A stretch of DNA of 45,709 nucleotides from Candidatus Wallbacteria bacterium (GCA_016213845.1 JACQZN010000062.1:1-45709), one strand, 5' to 3'; shown: positions 18,522 through 27,626, counted from the first letter of the stretch. The notes: generated from the letters alone by a model not told the origin. A program made the numbers and translations.

Positions 18522-19733
18522 ATGACGCTGGCCGACGTCCTGGGAACGGCGCTCTGGAGCCTCTCCCGCAGCCGCACGCGCACGGGGCTGACGATGCTCG
18601 GGATCATCATCGGCGTCGCCGCGGTCGTCAGCGTCGTCAGCCTGGGGCAGGGCGCCATCGCCAACACTGAAGCCGATATCTCCGCGATGGGCATCAACCT
18701 CATCACGGTCTCTCCGGGCGCCAAGATGTCCGGCGGGTTCCGCACCACCGGCGTGACCACGCTCGTCCCCGACGACGCCCTTGCGATACGCTCGGAGTGC
18801 CCGGCCGTGGCGAACGTTTCCGAGGGCGTCAAGACCACGGCGCAGGCCATCTATCAGCAGAAGAACGCCTCCACCACCGTCGAGGGCGGCTCCGACGAAT
18901 ACCCGCTGGTGCGCGGGTGGCGGCTGTCGTCCGGCGGGTTCTTCGGGCCGGAGCAGGTCCGCCAGGCCGCGAAGGTCTGCGTCATCGGTGAGCTCATCCG
19001 GGAGAAGCTCTTCGGCTCCGACGAGCCGATCGGCAGGATCCTGCGTGTCAACCGCGTGCCGCTGGAGGTGATCGGCGTCTTCGCGCCCAAGGGGCAGACC
19101 AGCTCCGGCCAGGACCAGGACGACGTCGTCGTCGTGCCCTGGACCACGGGGCTGCGCCGCATCATCGGCGCCAAGCACCTCAATTCCGTGCTCCTCTCGG
19201 CGCGGTCGGCAGAGCAAGTGCCGAAGGCTGTGGAACAGGTCACGTCGTTACTCGAGAGGCGCCACCGCATTCCGCCGGGCGGTGAGAACGACTTCAGCTG
19301 CCAGACGCAGCGCGAGGTAGCCGAGGCGCAGGAGGCCGCGACGCTCCTGATGATGACGCTGGTGTCCGTCGTGGCGTTGATCGCACTCTTCGTGGGGGGC
19401 GTGGGCGTGATGAACATCATGCTGGTGAGCGTGCTCGAGCGGACCCGGGAGATCGGCATCCGGATGGCGATCGGGGCCCGCTCGCGCGCCGTGATGTGGC
19501 AGTTTCTGGGGGAGACGGTCGTGCTGACCAGCCTGGGCGGGTTGATCGGTGCGGCCCTGGGGATCGGCGTCGCGCACCTGATCCCGGTGGCGATCGGGTG
19601 GCCGACGCGGGTGACCGCGGCCCCGGTGGTCGTGTCGTTTCTCTTCAGCGCGGCAGTGGGGCTCTTCTTCGGGCTCTACCCGGCCTACCAGGCCAGCAAG
19701 ATGGACCCGATCGAAGCCTTGAGGTACGAGTGA
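18522..19733 (+). CDS. MacB-like ABC permease (MacB periplasmic domain + FtsX 4-TM domain)
   Basis: N-terminal TM (LTMLGIIIGVAAVVSVVSLG), large periplasmic domain, and a C-terminal FtsX-like module (GGVGVMNIMLVSVLERTREIGIRMAIGA...). Confidence 0.85.
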   Translation: MTLADVLGTALWSLSRSRTRTGLTMLGIIIGVAAVVSVVSLGQGAIANTEADISAMGINLITVSPGAKMSGGFRTTGVTTLVPDDALAIRSECPAVANVSEGVKTTAQAIYQQKNASTTVEGGSDEYPLVRGWRLSSGGFFGPEQVRQAAKVCVIGELIREKLFGSDEPIGRILRVNRVPLEVIGVFAPKGQTSSGQDQDDVVVVPWTTGLRRIIGAKHLNSVLLSARSAEQVPKAVEQVTSLLERRHRIPPGGENDFSCQTQREVAEAQEAATLLMMTLVSVVALIALFVGGVGVMNIMLVSVLERTREIGIRMAIGARSRAVMWQFLGETVVLTSLGGLIGAALGIGVAHLIPVAIGWPTRVTAAPVVVSFLFSAAVGLFFGLYPAYQASKMDPIEALRYE

Positions 19734-19734
19734 A

Positions 19735-20952
19735 ATGAGACTGGCCGAGTCGCTCGAGATCGCGCTGGAGGCCGTGGCGCGCCACAGGCTCCGCAGCTTC
19801 CTGACGGCGCTCGGCATCATCATCGGCGTCTTCTCCGTCATCACGATCGTCGCGGTCGGCGCGGGCGCCCAGCACATGATGCAGGAGAGCTTCAAGAGCT
19901 TCGGGACCAACGTGCTCTGGCTCTTGCCCGGTTCGCACGTCCTGGGAGGCGCGCGCATCTCGATCACGATGAGCAACAGCCTCACGCCCGAGGACGCCGA
20001 GGCGATCGCCAAGGAATGCCCGGACGTGATCTACGTCTCGCCCGCGGCGTTCACCGGCTCGCCGGTCGTGCACGGCAACCAGAACTGGTCGACCGTGGTG
20101 AACGGCGTAGGGCAGACCTTTCCTGTCGTTCGGAGCTGGTATCCCGCCCAGGGCGCCTTCTTCACGGAGGCCGAGGTGACGATGGCCGCAAAGGTCTGCG
20201 TGCTGGGGCGTACGGTGGCGACCAAGCTCTTCGGACGCGACGACCCGGTGGGCCGAACGGTGCGGTTGAAGAAAGTTCCCTTCCGGGTCATCGGCGTGAT
20301 GGCGGCGAAGGGACAGACCGGCTGGGGGCAGGATCAGGACGACATCGTGCTGGCGCCCTACACGACCGTGATGAAGAAGCTCTCCGGGCAGACGCACCTG
20401 GCTGCGGTGTCGTGCACGGCTGTCAGCGCGTCCCGGATGAAGCAGGCCTCGGAGCAGATCACGGCGCTGTTGCGAAGGCGCCACCGGATCCAGCCCGGGG
20501 CCGAGCAGGACTTCTCGATTCTCTCGGCCAAGGACGTGCTGGCGATGGTCGACAAGATCTACGACACGCTCATCCTCTTCCTGGGTTCCGTGGCGTCGAT
20601 CGCGCTGCTGGTGGGTGGGATCGGGATCATGAACATCATGCTCGTCTCGGTGACGGAGCGCATCCGGGAGATCGGGATCCGCCTGGCGGTCGGCGCGCGC
20701 GGCCGGGACATCCTGCTGCAATTCCTGCTCGAGGCGTTGCTGCTATCGGTGTCGGGAGGTCTTCTGGGTCTTCTTGCGGGTGTCGGGATCGCGCAGGCGA
20801 TAGCCAGCACGCTCAACTGGCCCATCCTGATCGACCCCGGCAGCTCCGCCATCGCCGTGCTTTTCGCGGCGGGCGTGGGGCTGGCCTTCGGTTTCCTGCC
20901 GGCGTGGCGGGCCAGCCGACTCGATCCGATCCAGGCGCTGCGAAGCGAGTAG
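19735..20952 (+). CDS. Second MacB-like ABC permease (paralogue)
   Basis: Same architecture as the previous gene (GGIGIMNIMLVSVTERIREIGIRLAVGA...). It starts 1 nt after the previous stop. Confidence 0.85.
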   Translation: MRLAESLEIALEAVARHRLRSFLTALGIIIGVFSVITIVAVGAGAQHMMQESFKSFGTNVLWLLPGSHVLGGARISITMSNSLTPEDAEAIAKECPDVIYVSPAAFTGSPVVHGNQNWSTVVNGVGQTFPVVRSWYPAQGAFFTEAEVTMAAKVCVLGRTVATKLFGRDDPVGRTVRLKKVPFRVIGVMAAKGQTGWGQDQDDIVLAPYTTVMKKLSGQTHLAAVSCTAVSASRMKQASEQITALLRRRHRIQPGAEQDFSILSAKDVLAMVDKIYDTLILFLGSVASIALLVGGIGIMNIMLVSVTERIREIGIRLAVGARGRDILLQFLLEALLLSVSGGLLGLLAGVGIAQAIASTLNWPILIDPGSSAIAVLFAAGVGLAFGFLPAWRASRLDPIQALRSE

Positions 20953-20969
20953 CGGGGCTCGCAGGGAGG

Positions 20970-21770
20970 CTAGAGCTCCCGCGACGGTTCGTTGCGGGAG
21001 GAGCCGCCTTCGGGGAGGAACAGGCCCAGCCTGTGGTTGGTGTAGATGGCCGCGAGGCCACGCAGGCTTCCTAGCACGTCCTGCAGCAGGCGCACGCGCG
21101 TCGCCGGGTCGTTGGACCACTCGACGGGCACTTCGGCGATCTTGTAGCCCGAGGCGTGCGCCAGGTAGACCAGCTCCGGGTCGTAGGTCCAGCGATCCTG
21201 GATGGCCCTGGGGATGATGTCCTGGCAGACGTGGCGCTTGAAGAGTTTGAAGCCGCACGTGAAGTCCTGGACGTGGGGCACGAGGAACTGGTGGCAGAGC
21301 CAGCTATGGATGCGCCCGAGGAAGACGCGGTAGAAAGGCTGAGGGACCTTTACGTGGTGGCCGGCGGCCCTGCGTGAGCCGATCGCGACGTCGAAGCCCT
21401 CGTCGATCCGGGCCATCAGCCGGTCGAGCTCACCGATGGGGGTGGAGAGGTCGGCGTCGCAGAGCAGGAGGAGCTCTCCCGAGCCGGTGAGCATTCCGGT
21501 GCGCACGGCGTGACCCTTGCCGCGGTTGGTGCCGTAGGAGAAGATTCTGACTGGTGCGCCCGCGGCGCGGCGCGCCTGCGCCACGGCGATCGTGGCGTCG
21601 GCGCTGCCGTCGTCCACGACGACCAGCTCCCAGGAGTAGGGTTTGCTTCGCAGGAACTCCGCGATGGTGTCGAGGGTCGGTCCCAGCCGCCTTTCCTCGT
21701 TGTAGCAGGGAATGACGACCGACAGGCGCGGTCTCTGCGTCGTGCTCTCGGGCGTCGCTGGGCTCGAAAT
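20970..21770 (-). CDS. GT2 family glycosyltransferase (polyprenol-phosphate sugar synthase, DPM1/ArnC-like); start codon uncertain
   Basis: PRLSVVIPCYNEE...VVVDDGS...LLLCDADLS...GSRR...FTCGFKLFKR are the GT2/DPM1-type motifs. There is no in-frame ATG upstream of the VVIP motif. Candidates are an ATT at 21770 with GGAGGA 5 nt upstream, TTGs at 21818 and 21836, and a GTG at 21860. The remainder of the 621-aa track ORF is antisense junk. Confidence 0.8.
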   Translation of the reverse strand: MSSPATPESTTQRPRLSVVIPCYNEERRLGPTLDTIAEFLRSKPYSWELVVVDDGSADATIAVAQARRAAGAPVRIFSYGTNRGKGHAVRTGMLTGSGELLLLCDADLSTPIGELDRLMARIDEGFDVAIGSRRAAGHHVKVPQPFYRVFLGRIHSWLCHQFLVPHVQDFTCGFKLFKRHVCQDIIPRAIQDRWTYDPELVYLAHASGYKIAEVPVEWSNDPATRVRLLQDVLGSLRGLAAIYTNHRLGLFLPEGGSSRNEPSREL

Positions 21771-21878
21771 GAAGGTCCTCCGTCGGCACCGGCCGGTGCC
21801 GGCTTTGGTATAGGGCAAGCGCCTCGAGCCGGTCAAGCCCTCGTCACGCCAGGGGAGCACGCGGTAGACTGGCGCGCG

Positions 21879-23366
21879 ATGAGAGCCGACGAGAGGCCTG
21901 CGAGGCTGGTGGGTGTGCTGGCGCTGCTGGTGGCAGCCTGGTACCTCTACACCTTCAACCTGACGCCGGGCGTTCTGGTCGGGGACGACGAGGGGGAGTT
22001 CACGTATGCGGCGTGGCGACAGTCGCTGGGGGAGCGGGTCTACCGGGACGTCGCCTTCGACGCGGCGCCGGTGCCGATCTACCTGGGAGCGATGGCCTAC
22101 AAGTGGGCTGGGGCGACGCACCTGACGACCAAGCGGCTGACCATCGCCTTTTCGCTGCTGGCCGGGATGTTCACGTACCTGCTCGGGGAGCGGCTGTTCG
22201 GGCGGCCGACCGGACTGCTGGCGGCGGCGCTCACGCTCTCGAATGCGTACTGGCACTTTTTCTCGTGGTTCTTCACGGCCGACGCGTTCTACATCTGCTT
22301 TTACGTTGCCAGCGTCTACTTCTTCGCGTGTGCCTGGCAGAATCCCGAGCGCCGCGGCGCGTGGCTGATGGCCGGGGCGCTGGGCGCGATCAGCTTCTTC
22401 AGCAAGTTCTTCGGGCTCTTCGCGTTCGGCGGCGCCTTTCTTTTTGCGGCACACCAGCTGTTGGCCGACGAGCGCCACGAGCTGGATCGGCGGGCGATCC
22501 TGGCGGGGCTGGCCTGGATGGCGGCTGCCGGCGTGGTATCGGGGCTCTTCTTTTTGGCGCCGATGTCGGACTACCTTGACCGCTTCCTGGCGCTCACGGT
22601 GGAGCACCACAGCAAGGCGGTGCCGACGCTCAGCCCGTTCTTCGTCTTTTACGCCTTCTTCGCGGTGCTCTGGTTCGAGCCGACGCCGCTGGCCCACCGG
22701 CTGTTGGTGTTCATGGGTGTGCTGGGTCTCACGGGGCGCGGCCGGCAGGCGCTGCCGCTCAGGGCCCTTCTGGTCTGGCACTCGGTGCAGGCGCTGGTGT
22801 TCCTGGTGGTGAAGATGGAGCTCTACGCGCGCCATCTGCTGTACCTTGTGCCGTTTCTCTCGATCCTGGCAGCCGACCAGCTGGCGACGATGGCGTCAGA
22901 GCGCGGGGAAGCCCGGCGCGCCTCGGTGTGGCTCGGGTCCTGGATCTTGCTGACCGCGCTCGTGGGCTTCTCGAGCGAGCTGCCGACCTACAAGCACCAG
23001 AAGCTGGTGGAGCTGGTGCAACGGCTGGTACCGCCAGGAGGGACGGTGCTGGCGGAGCACGGCGAGATTGCGTTCCTGGCCCAGCGCCGCAACGTCCCGC
23101 TGCGTGACGTGCCGGCCAGCGGTACCAATCCGGCGGCGCCTCGAATCGACGCGCGCGAGATCGTGGAGGCGATCCGGATGGAGCAGCCGGAAGTGGCGCT
23201 CGTGATGAAGCGGACCCGCGATCGCTCCGAGGACAACCATTTCCTCGGGCAGATCAAGGACGAGCACCTGCTGATGGAGCACCTGCAGTCGACGTACGCG
23301 ACGTACCGGACGACCGACCCCGAGCTGGGCGACTACCACATCTTCACCCGGCGGGATGTCGAGTGA
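21879..23366 (+). CDS. GT-C fold membrane glycosyltransferase (ArnT / PMT_2 family-like)
   Basis: Multi-TM protein whose first periplasmic loop carries the diagnostic acidic motif VLVGDDEGEFTYAAW. ATG 21879 is residue 124 of the track ORF. It is divergent from the GT2 gene, the classic lipid-linked-sugar synthase plus GT-C transferase pairing. Confidence 0.8.
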   Translation: MRADERPARLVGVLALLVAAWYLYTFNLTPGVLVGDDEGEFTYAAWRQSLGERVYRDVAFDAAPVPIYLGAMAYKWAGATHLTTKRLTIAFSLLAGMFTYLLGERLFGRPTGLLAAALTLSNAYWHFFSWFFTADAFYICFYVASVYFFACAWQNPERRGAWLMAGALGAISFFSKFFGLFAFGGAFLFAAHQLLADERHELDRRAILAGLAWMAAAGVVSGLFFLAPMSDYLDRFLALTVEHHSKAVPTLSPFFVFYAFFAVLWFEPTPLAHRLLVFMGVLGLTGRGRQALPLRALLVWHSVQALVFLVVKMELYARHLLYLVPFLSILAADQLATMASERGEARRASVWLGSWILLTALVGFSSELPTYKHQKLVELVQRLVPPGGTVLAEHGEIAFLAQRRNVPLRDVPASGTNPAAPRIDAREIVEAIRMEQPEVALVMKRTRDRSEDNHFLGQIKDEHLLMEHLQSTYATYRTTDPELGDYHIFTRRDVE

Positions 23367-23384
23367 GCCGCGAGGCGAGGCCGG

Positions 23385-24860
23385 CTAGCGCGGGCCCAGG
23401 TTGATCCAGACCGACTTGACGGCCGTGTACTGCTCGAGGGCGTGGACGCCCATCTCGCGGCCGAAGCCCGACTGCTTCACGCCGCCGAATGGGGAAGCGC
23501 TGTCGAAGCAGTTGTAGTCGTTGATCCAGACCGAGCCCGCCCGGATGCGGCGGGCCAGCCTGAGGGCGCGCGTGACGTCGGCCGTCCAGATGGCGCTGAC
23601 GAGGCCGTAGACGGTGCCGTTGGCCATACGGATGAGCTCGTCCTCGTCCTCGAAGGTGAGCACCGAGAGGACCGGGCCGAAGATCTCTTCCCGGGCGATG
23701 GTCATCTCCGAGCGGACGCCATCGAAGATGGTCGGCTCCACGAAGTAGCCGCGGTCGAAGGTTGGTCCCGAGAGCCGGCCCCCGCCGCAAACCAGTCGGG
23801 CCTGCTCGGACTTACCGGACTCGATGTATCCGAGCACTCTTTCGAGCTGGCGCTGGCTGATGAGGCTGCCGACGTCGGACGCCGGGTCGAGCGGGTCGCC
23901 CACGCGTAGCGCTCGCGTGGCGTCCGAGAGTCGCTCGAGGAACTCGGAATGAATTGCCTTGTGGAGGAAGAGCCTACTGCCCGCGCTGCAGACCTCGCCC
24001 TTGTTGGCGAAGACGCCCCAGAGGGCGGCGCGCACGGCTGCGTTGATGTCGCAGTCCGGGAAGACGATGTTGGGCGACTTGCCGCCCAGCTCGAGCGACA
24101 GGCGCTTGAGATTGGAATCGGCGCTGGCGTGGAGCAGCTTGCGGGCCGTATCGACGGAACCCGTGAAGGCGACCTTGTCGACTCCCGGGTGGGCGGCGAT
24201 ATGGCCGCCCGTATCGCCGAAGCCGGTGACGACGTTGACGACGCCGGGGGGGAGGCCGGCCTCGGCCAGGATGCCGGCCAGTGCCAGCGCCGTGAGCGGA
24301 GTCTGCTCGGACGGCTTGAGGACCACGGTGTTGCCGGTGGCCAGCGCAGGCGCCAGCTTCCAGGAGGCGAGCAAGAGGGGGTAGTTCCAGGCGACGATGG
24401 CGCCTACCACGCCGACAGGCTCCCGTACTGCGAAGTTGAGGTAGTGACCGTCGACCGGGATGACCTCGCCGTGGAGCTTGTTGGCCCAGCCGGAGTAGTA
24501 GTGGAAGACGTCCCAGGAGGGCGGCAAGTCGCCTCGACCGGCCTCCTTGACGGTCTTGCCGTTGTTGGCCGATTCCAGGCGAGCCAGTTCATCTTTTCTG
24601 GACTGGATCAGGTCGCCCGCGCGGCGCAGGATGCGTCCCCGCTCGGAGGCGTCCATCTTCGGCCAGGGCCCTGATTCCAGGGCGGCGCGTGCGGCGGCCA
24701 CGGCGCGATCGACGTCCTGGGCCGAGCCGTGCACCACGTCGGTGAGCTTCTCGCCCGTCGCCGGGTTGACCACGTCGTAACGGTTCGAGGGCCTGCCCTC
24801 CTCCCAGCGGCCGCCGATCCAGAGCTGGCCGGGCTGGAGGGGATTCGTCGATGCCGTCAT
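23385..24860 (-). CDS. NAD(P)+ aldehyde dehydrogenase
   Basis: ALDH motifs: VVLKPSEQTP, the catalytic Glu context LELGGKSP, the catalytic Cys FANKGEVCSAGSR, and EEIFGPV. ATG 24860 overlaps the alcohol dehydrogenase stop (ATGA). Confidence 0.9.
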   Translation of the reverse strand: MTASTNPLQPGQLWIGGRWEEGRPSNRYDVVNPATGEKLTDVVHGSAQDVDRAVAAARAALESGPWPKMDASERGRILRRAGDLIQSRKDELARLESANNGKTVKEAGRGDLPPSWDVFHYYSGWANKLHGEVIPVDGHYLNFAVREPVGVVGAIVAWNYPLLLASWKLAPALATGNTVVLKPSEQTPLTALALAGILAEAGLPPGVVNVVTGFGDTGGHIAAHPGVDKVAFTGSVDTARKLLHASADSNLKRLSLELGGKSPNIVFPDCDINAAVRAALWGVFANKGEVCSAGSRLFLHKAIHSEFLERLSDATRALRVGDPLDPASDVGSLISQRQLERVLGYIESGKSEQARLVCGGGRLSGPTFDRGYFVEPTIFDGVRSEMTIAREEIFGPVLSVLTFEDEDELIRMANGTVYGLVSAIWTADVTRALRLARRIRAGSVWINDYNCFDSASPFGGVKQSGFGREMGVHALEQYTAVKSVWINLGPR

Positions 24861-26017
24861 GAGGTCTGCATGGCCTCCTCGTAGAGCTGGCGGAGCTCCG
24901 CGGCGCTGCACGTCCGCGGGTTGAGCTGGTGGCAGCCGTCGGCTGCAGCCTGCTCGGTCATTGGCTCAATCATCTCACCCGTGACTCCGGCGGCCGAGAG
25001 CGATGGCGGGATGCCGATCTCCGCGGCCAGCGCCCGCACGCGTTCGATCACGGCGCGGGCCTGCTCTTCGGCCGTGCCGCCCGGGGCCAGCCTCAACGCC
25101 TGGGCGATATCGGACAGGCGCTGCGCGGCGACGGGGAGGTTGAACTCCAGGGCCCGGGCCAGCATGATGCCGTTGGCCAGGCCGTGGTGCAGTCCGGCCA
25201 CCGTCGTTAGCGGATGCGCCAGCGAATGCGTCACCCCCAGGCCCTTCTGGAAGGCGACCGCGCCCATCATCGCGGCCATTAGCATGTGGCCGCGCGCTTC
25301 CAGGTCCGAGCCGTCCCGCACCGCTCGCGGGAGGTGCTCGTCAATCAACCGGATGCCGCCGAGCGCGATCGAATCGCACAAGGGGTGATAGCCGCGGGCC
25401 AGGTAAGCTTCGATGCAGTGCGTGAAAGCGTCCATGCCGGTCGCCGCGGTCAGGTGGGGAGGAAGACCCAGGGTCAGCTCCGGGTCGGCGATGACGGTTG
25501 TGGCCAGCAGGTGCGGGGAGAAGATCACCTTCTTGACGCGGTGCGTCGGGTCGGTGATGACGGTGGAACGGCCCACTTCGCTGCCGGTGCCGGCGGTCGT
25601 CGGGATGGCGATGAAGATCGGCATGTCGGGCCGGATCAGGCCGCCAGCGTTCTCCTCGTAGGAGAGTACGTCGCCGTCGTGCGTCGCCAGCAGCCGGACG
25701 GCCTTGGCGGCGTCCAGGGCGCTGCCCCCGCCGAAGCCGACGATGGCGTCTGCGCTGGAGTCCCGGCACGCACGGCCGCCCGCGTGGACCTCGGGGACGG
25801 TCGGATTGGGGGAGATGTCGCTGAACGCGAAGGCCGAAAAGCCCGCGTCGGAGAGCGTCGAGATCAGCCGGTAGCAGATCTGGGAAGAGACCAGCCCGCG
25901 GTCGGTGATGATCAGCGGACGGCGGACCCGGGCAGCCTTCAGCAGCGCCGGCAACTGGGCGAGGGACCCCGGGCCGAAGAGGATTCGCGTCGGGAATGAG
26001 AACTCGTGAATGGTCAT
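24857..26017 (-). CDS. Iron-containing (group III) alcohol dehydrogenase
   Basis: Fe-ADH signatures: GGGSALDAAKAV, AIPTTAGTGSEV, and His-rich metal-site motifs (THCIEAY, HSLAHPL, LHHGLANG). It lies 17 nt downstream of the GS-like gene. Confidence 0.9.
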   Translation of the reverse strand: MTIHEFSFPTRILFGPGSLAQLPALLKAARVRRPLIITDRGLVSSQICYRLISTLSDAGFSAFAFSDISPNPTVPEVHAGGRACRDSSADAIVGFGGGSALDAAKAVRLLATHDGDVLSYEENAGGLIRPDMPIFIAIPTTAGTGSEVGRSTVITDPTHRVKKVIFSPHLLATTVIADPELTLGLPPHLTAATGMDAFTHCIEAYLARGYHPLCDSIALGGIRLIDEHLPRAVRDGSDLEARGHMLMAAMMGAVAFQKGLGVTHSLAHPLTTVAGLHHGLANGIMLARALEFNLPVAAQRLSDIAQALRLAPGGTAEEQARAVIERVRALAAEIGIPPSLSAAGVTGEMIEPMTEQAAADGCHQLNPRTCSAAELRQLYEEAMQTS

Positions 26018-26034
26018 CGGCGCGCTTCCTTCCC

Positions 26035-27399
26035 TCAGATGATTTCCATGTACCGGGAGAGCTCCCAGCCCGTGACGGCCCGCTGGAACTGGGCGACTTC
26101 CCAGCGGCGCGTCATGACGTAGTGATCGATGAACTCGGCGCCGAGAATCTCGCGGGCGGCCTCGCTCCGGTCGAGAAGCCCGGCGGCCTCGTCCAGGCTC
26201 CTGGGAAGGGGCGTGGCGTCGTCGGCGGTCTGGGTGTAGGCGTTGCCGCTCACGGGCGGCGGCGGTTCCAGCGCCTTCTCGATCCCCCAGAGCCCCGCGC
26301 CGAAGGAGGCCGCCAGCGCGATGTAGGGGTTGATGTCAGCCGCGGCCAGGCGATACTCCACCCGCGTGGCCTTCGCGGACGGCCCCGTGATGACGCGCAG
26401 CGCCGTCGTGCGGTTCTCCACGCCCCAGGCGACGTGCGTGGGGGCCCACGTGCCCGGCACCATCCGCTTGTAGGAGTTGATCGTCGGGGCGATGAGCGCC
26501 GTGGTCTCCCGCATCAGAGCGCACTGGCCGGCGATGTAGCTCTCCAGCGTCTTCGAGAGCCCCGAGCGTCCCCGAGGGCCGTCGGCGAACGCGGGAGCGC
26601 GGGTCTTCCTGTCCCACAGACTCTGGTGCAGATGCCCCGAGCAGCCGGGCAGGTCCTTGTTCCACTTCGCCATGAAGCAGGCCGTGAGCCCGTGGCGCGA
26701 AGCGATCTCCTTGATGCCGGTCTTGAAGAGCGCGGCGCGATCCGCGGCCCGCAGCAACTCGTCATAGTGCAGCGCCGCTTCGAAGACACCAGGGCCGGTC
26801 TCAGTGTGGATGCCCTCGACTTCGCAGTCGTAGGCCTTCATCTGACAGACGATCTCGTCGATCAGGTCAGTTTGCGCGCTGGCTCTGAGCACCGAGTAGC
26901 CGAACATACCCGGCGTCAAGGTCTCCAGGTTGTTGAAGCCCTTCTGGTGAAGGCTCTGCGGCGTCTCCTTGAAGAAAAAGAATTCATACTCGCAGGAGGC
27001 TTTGGGTACAAAACCCATCGCTCCTGCCCGCTCGATGACCCGTTGCAGAACCTGCCGCGGCGACACCGAAAGCGGCGTCTGCGCGTCCTTCATGAAGTCC
27101 ACCAGGAAGAGCGCCGTCCGCTTCTCCCACGGCACCAGCCGGAAACTTCCGAGATCGATCCGGGCCAGCGTGTCGGGGTAACCCGTGTGCCAGCCCGTCA
27201 CGCGGCTCTGGTCGTAGAGCGCGTCGGCGCAATCCCAGCCGAAGATGACGTCGCAGAAGCCGAACCCGTCGGCAGCGGCCGAGGAGAACTTGGCCGGCGA
27301 GATGTACTTCCCTCGCAACACTCCGTCGACGTCGAATCCGGCCACCTTGATCCGCTGGATATCGTTCTCTTCCAGCTTCCGTAGGATCTCATCGAGCAC
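26035..27399 (-). CDS. Glutamine-synthetase-family gamma-glutamyl ligase (GlnA3/GlnA4/PuuA-like)
   Basis: GTG start at 27399 (GGGAGGG 6 nt upstream) gives VLDEILRKLEENDIQRIKVAGFDVDGVLRGKYIS, the GS N-terminal beta-grasp. The catalytic domain carries a conserved C-terminal region (NPYIALAASFGAGLWGI...). It is the first gene of the three-gene operon. Confidence 0.85.
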   Translation of the reverse strand: MLDEILRKLEENDIQRIKVAGFDVDGVLRGKYISPAKFSSAAADGFGFCDVIFGWDCADALYDQSRVTGWHTGYPDTLARIDLGSFRLVPWEKRTALFLVDFMKDAQTPLSVSPRQVLQRVIERAGAMGFVPKASCEYEFFFFKETPQSLHQKGFNNLETLTPGMFGYSVLRASAQTDLIDEIVCQMKAYDCEVEGIHTETGPGVFEAALHYDELLRAADRAALFKTGIKEIASRHGLTACFMAKWNKDLPGCSGHLHQSLWDRKTRAPAFADGPRGRSGLSKTLESYIAGQCALMRETTALIAPTINSYKRMVPGTWAPTHVAWGVENRTTALRVITGPSAKATRVEYRLAAADINPYIALAASFGAGLWGIEKALEPPPPVSGNAYTQTADDATPLPRSLDEAAGLLDRSEAAREILGAEFIDHYVMTRRWEVAQFQRAVTGWELSRYMEII

Positions 27400-27473
27400 G
27401 GCAGCCCTCCCTGTTCGGCCAAAGTGTAACACAGCATACGGTTGTGACCGGGGGGCGGCGGGCCCCAAGTGCG

Positions 27474-27590
27474 GGCCCCTCGAAGGGCATCCTTCGACAA
27501 GCTCAGGATGAGCGGTTCCCGAATGGGCGCGGGACTCCCCCTCCAGCTCCGCTCAGGCTGAGCCTGTCGAGGCCCGCCCTCGAAGGGCCA
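27474..27590. repeat. Small palindromic repeat element (REP/MITE-like) in a divergent intergenic region
   Basis: CCTTCGACAAGCTCAGGATGAGCGG (27491..27515) and its imperfect inverse CCGCTCAGGCTGAGCCTGTCGAGG (27549..27572) match 21/25 and are separated by 33 nt. They are flanked by CCCTCGAAGGGC at both ends. In three frames it translates to ...GILRQAQDERF... / ...PFDKLRMSG... / ...LRLSLSRPALEG..., peptides that resemble ones common in mis-called hypothetical proteins. There is a single copy in this window. Confidence 0.45.
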
Positions 27591-27626
27591 GAACCCTACG
27601 GCATTGCTATACTCGACGCGAGCGAA

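Noticed and set aside
16091-18850. 919-aa ORF on the minus strand spanning the MFP and ABC-ATPase genes
   Set aside because: It is antisense to genes with unambiguous Walker A/B, ABC signature and HlyD motifs. Its translation is Arg/Gly/Pro/Ala-rich low complexity with no motifs, the typical GC-rich shadow ORF.
19645-21074. Minus ORF 19645..20721 (358 aa) and plus ORF 20016..21074 (352 aa) overlapping permease 2
   Set aside because: Frame artefacts, Arg/Gly/Asp/His-rich. The true permease frame shows the FtsX TM pattern.
27444-27626. The ATG at 27444 as the permease start (61 extra N-terminal residues)
   Set aside because: The extension is a literal translation of the palindromic repeat (GILRQAQDERF...LRLSLSRPALEG). 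The conserved APC N-terminus begins after the GTG at 27627.
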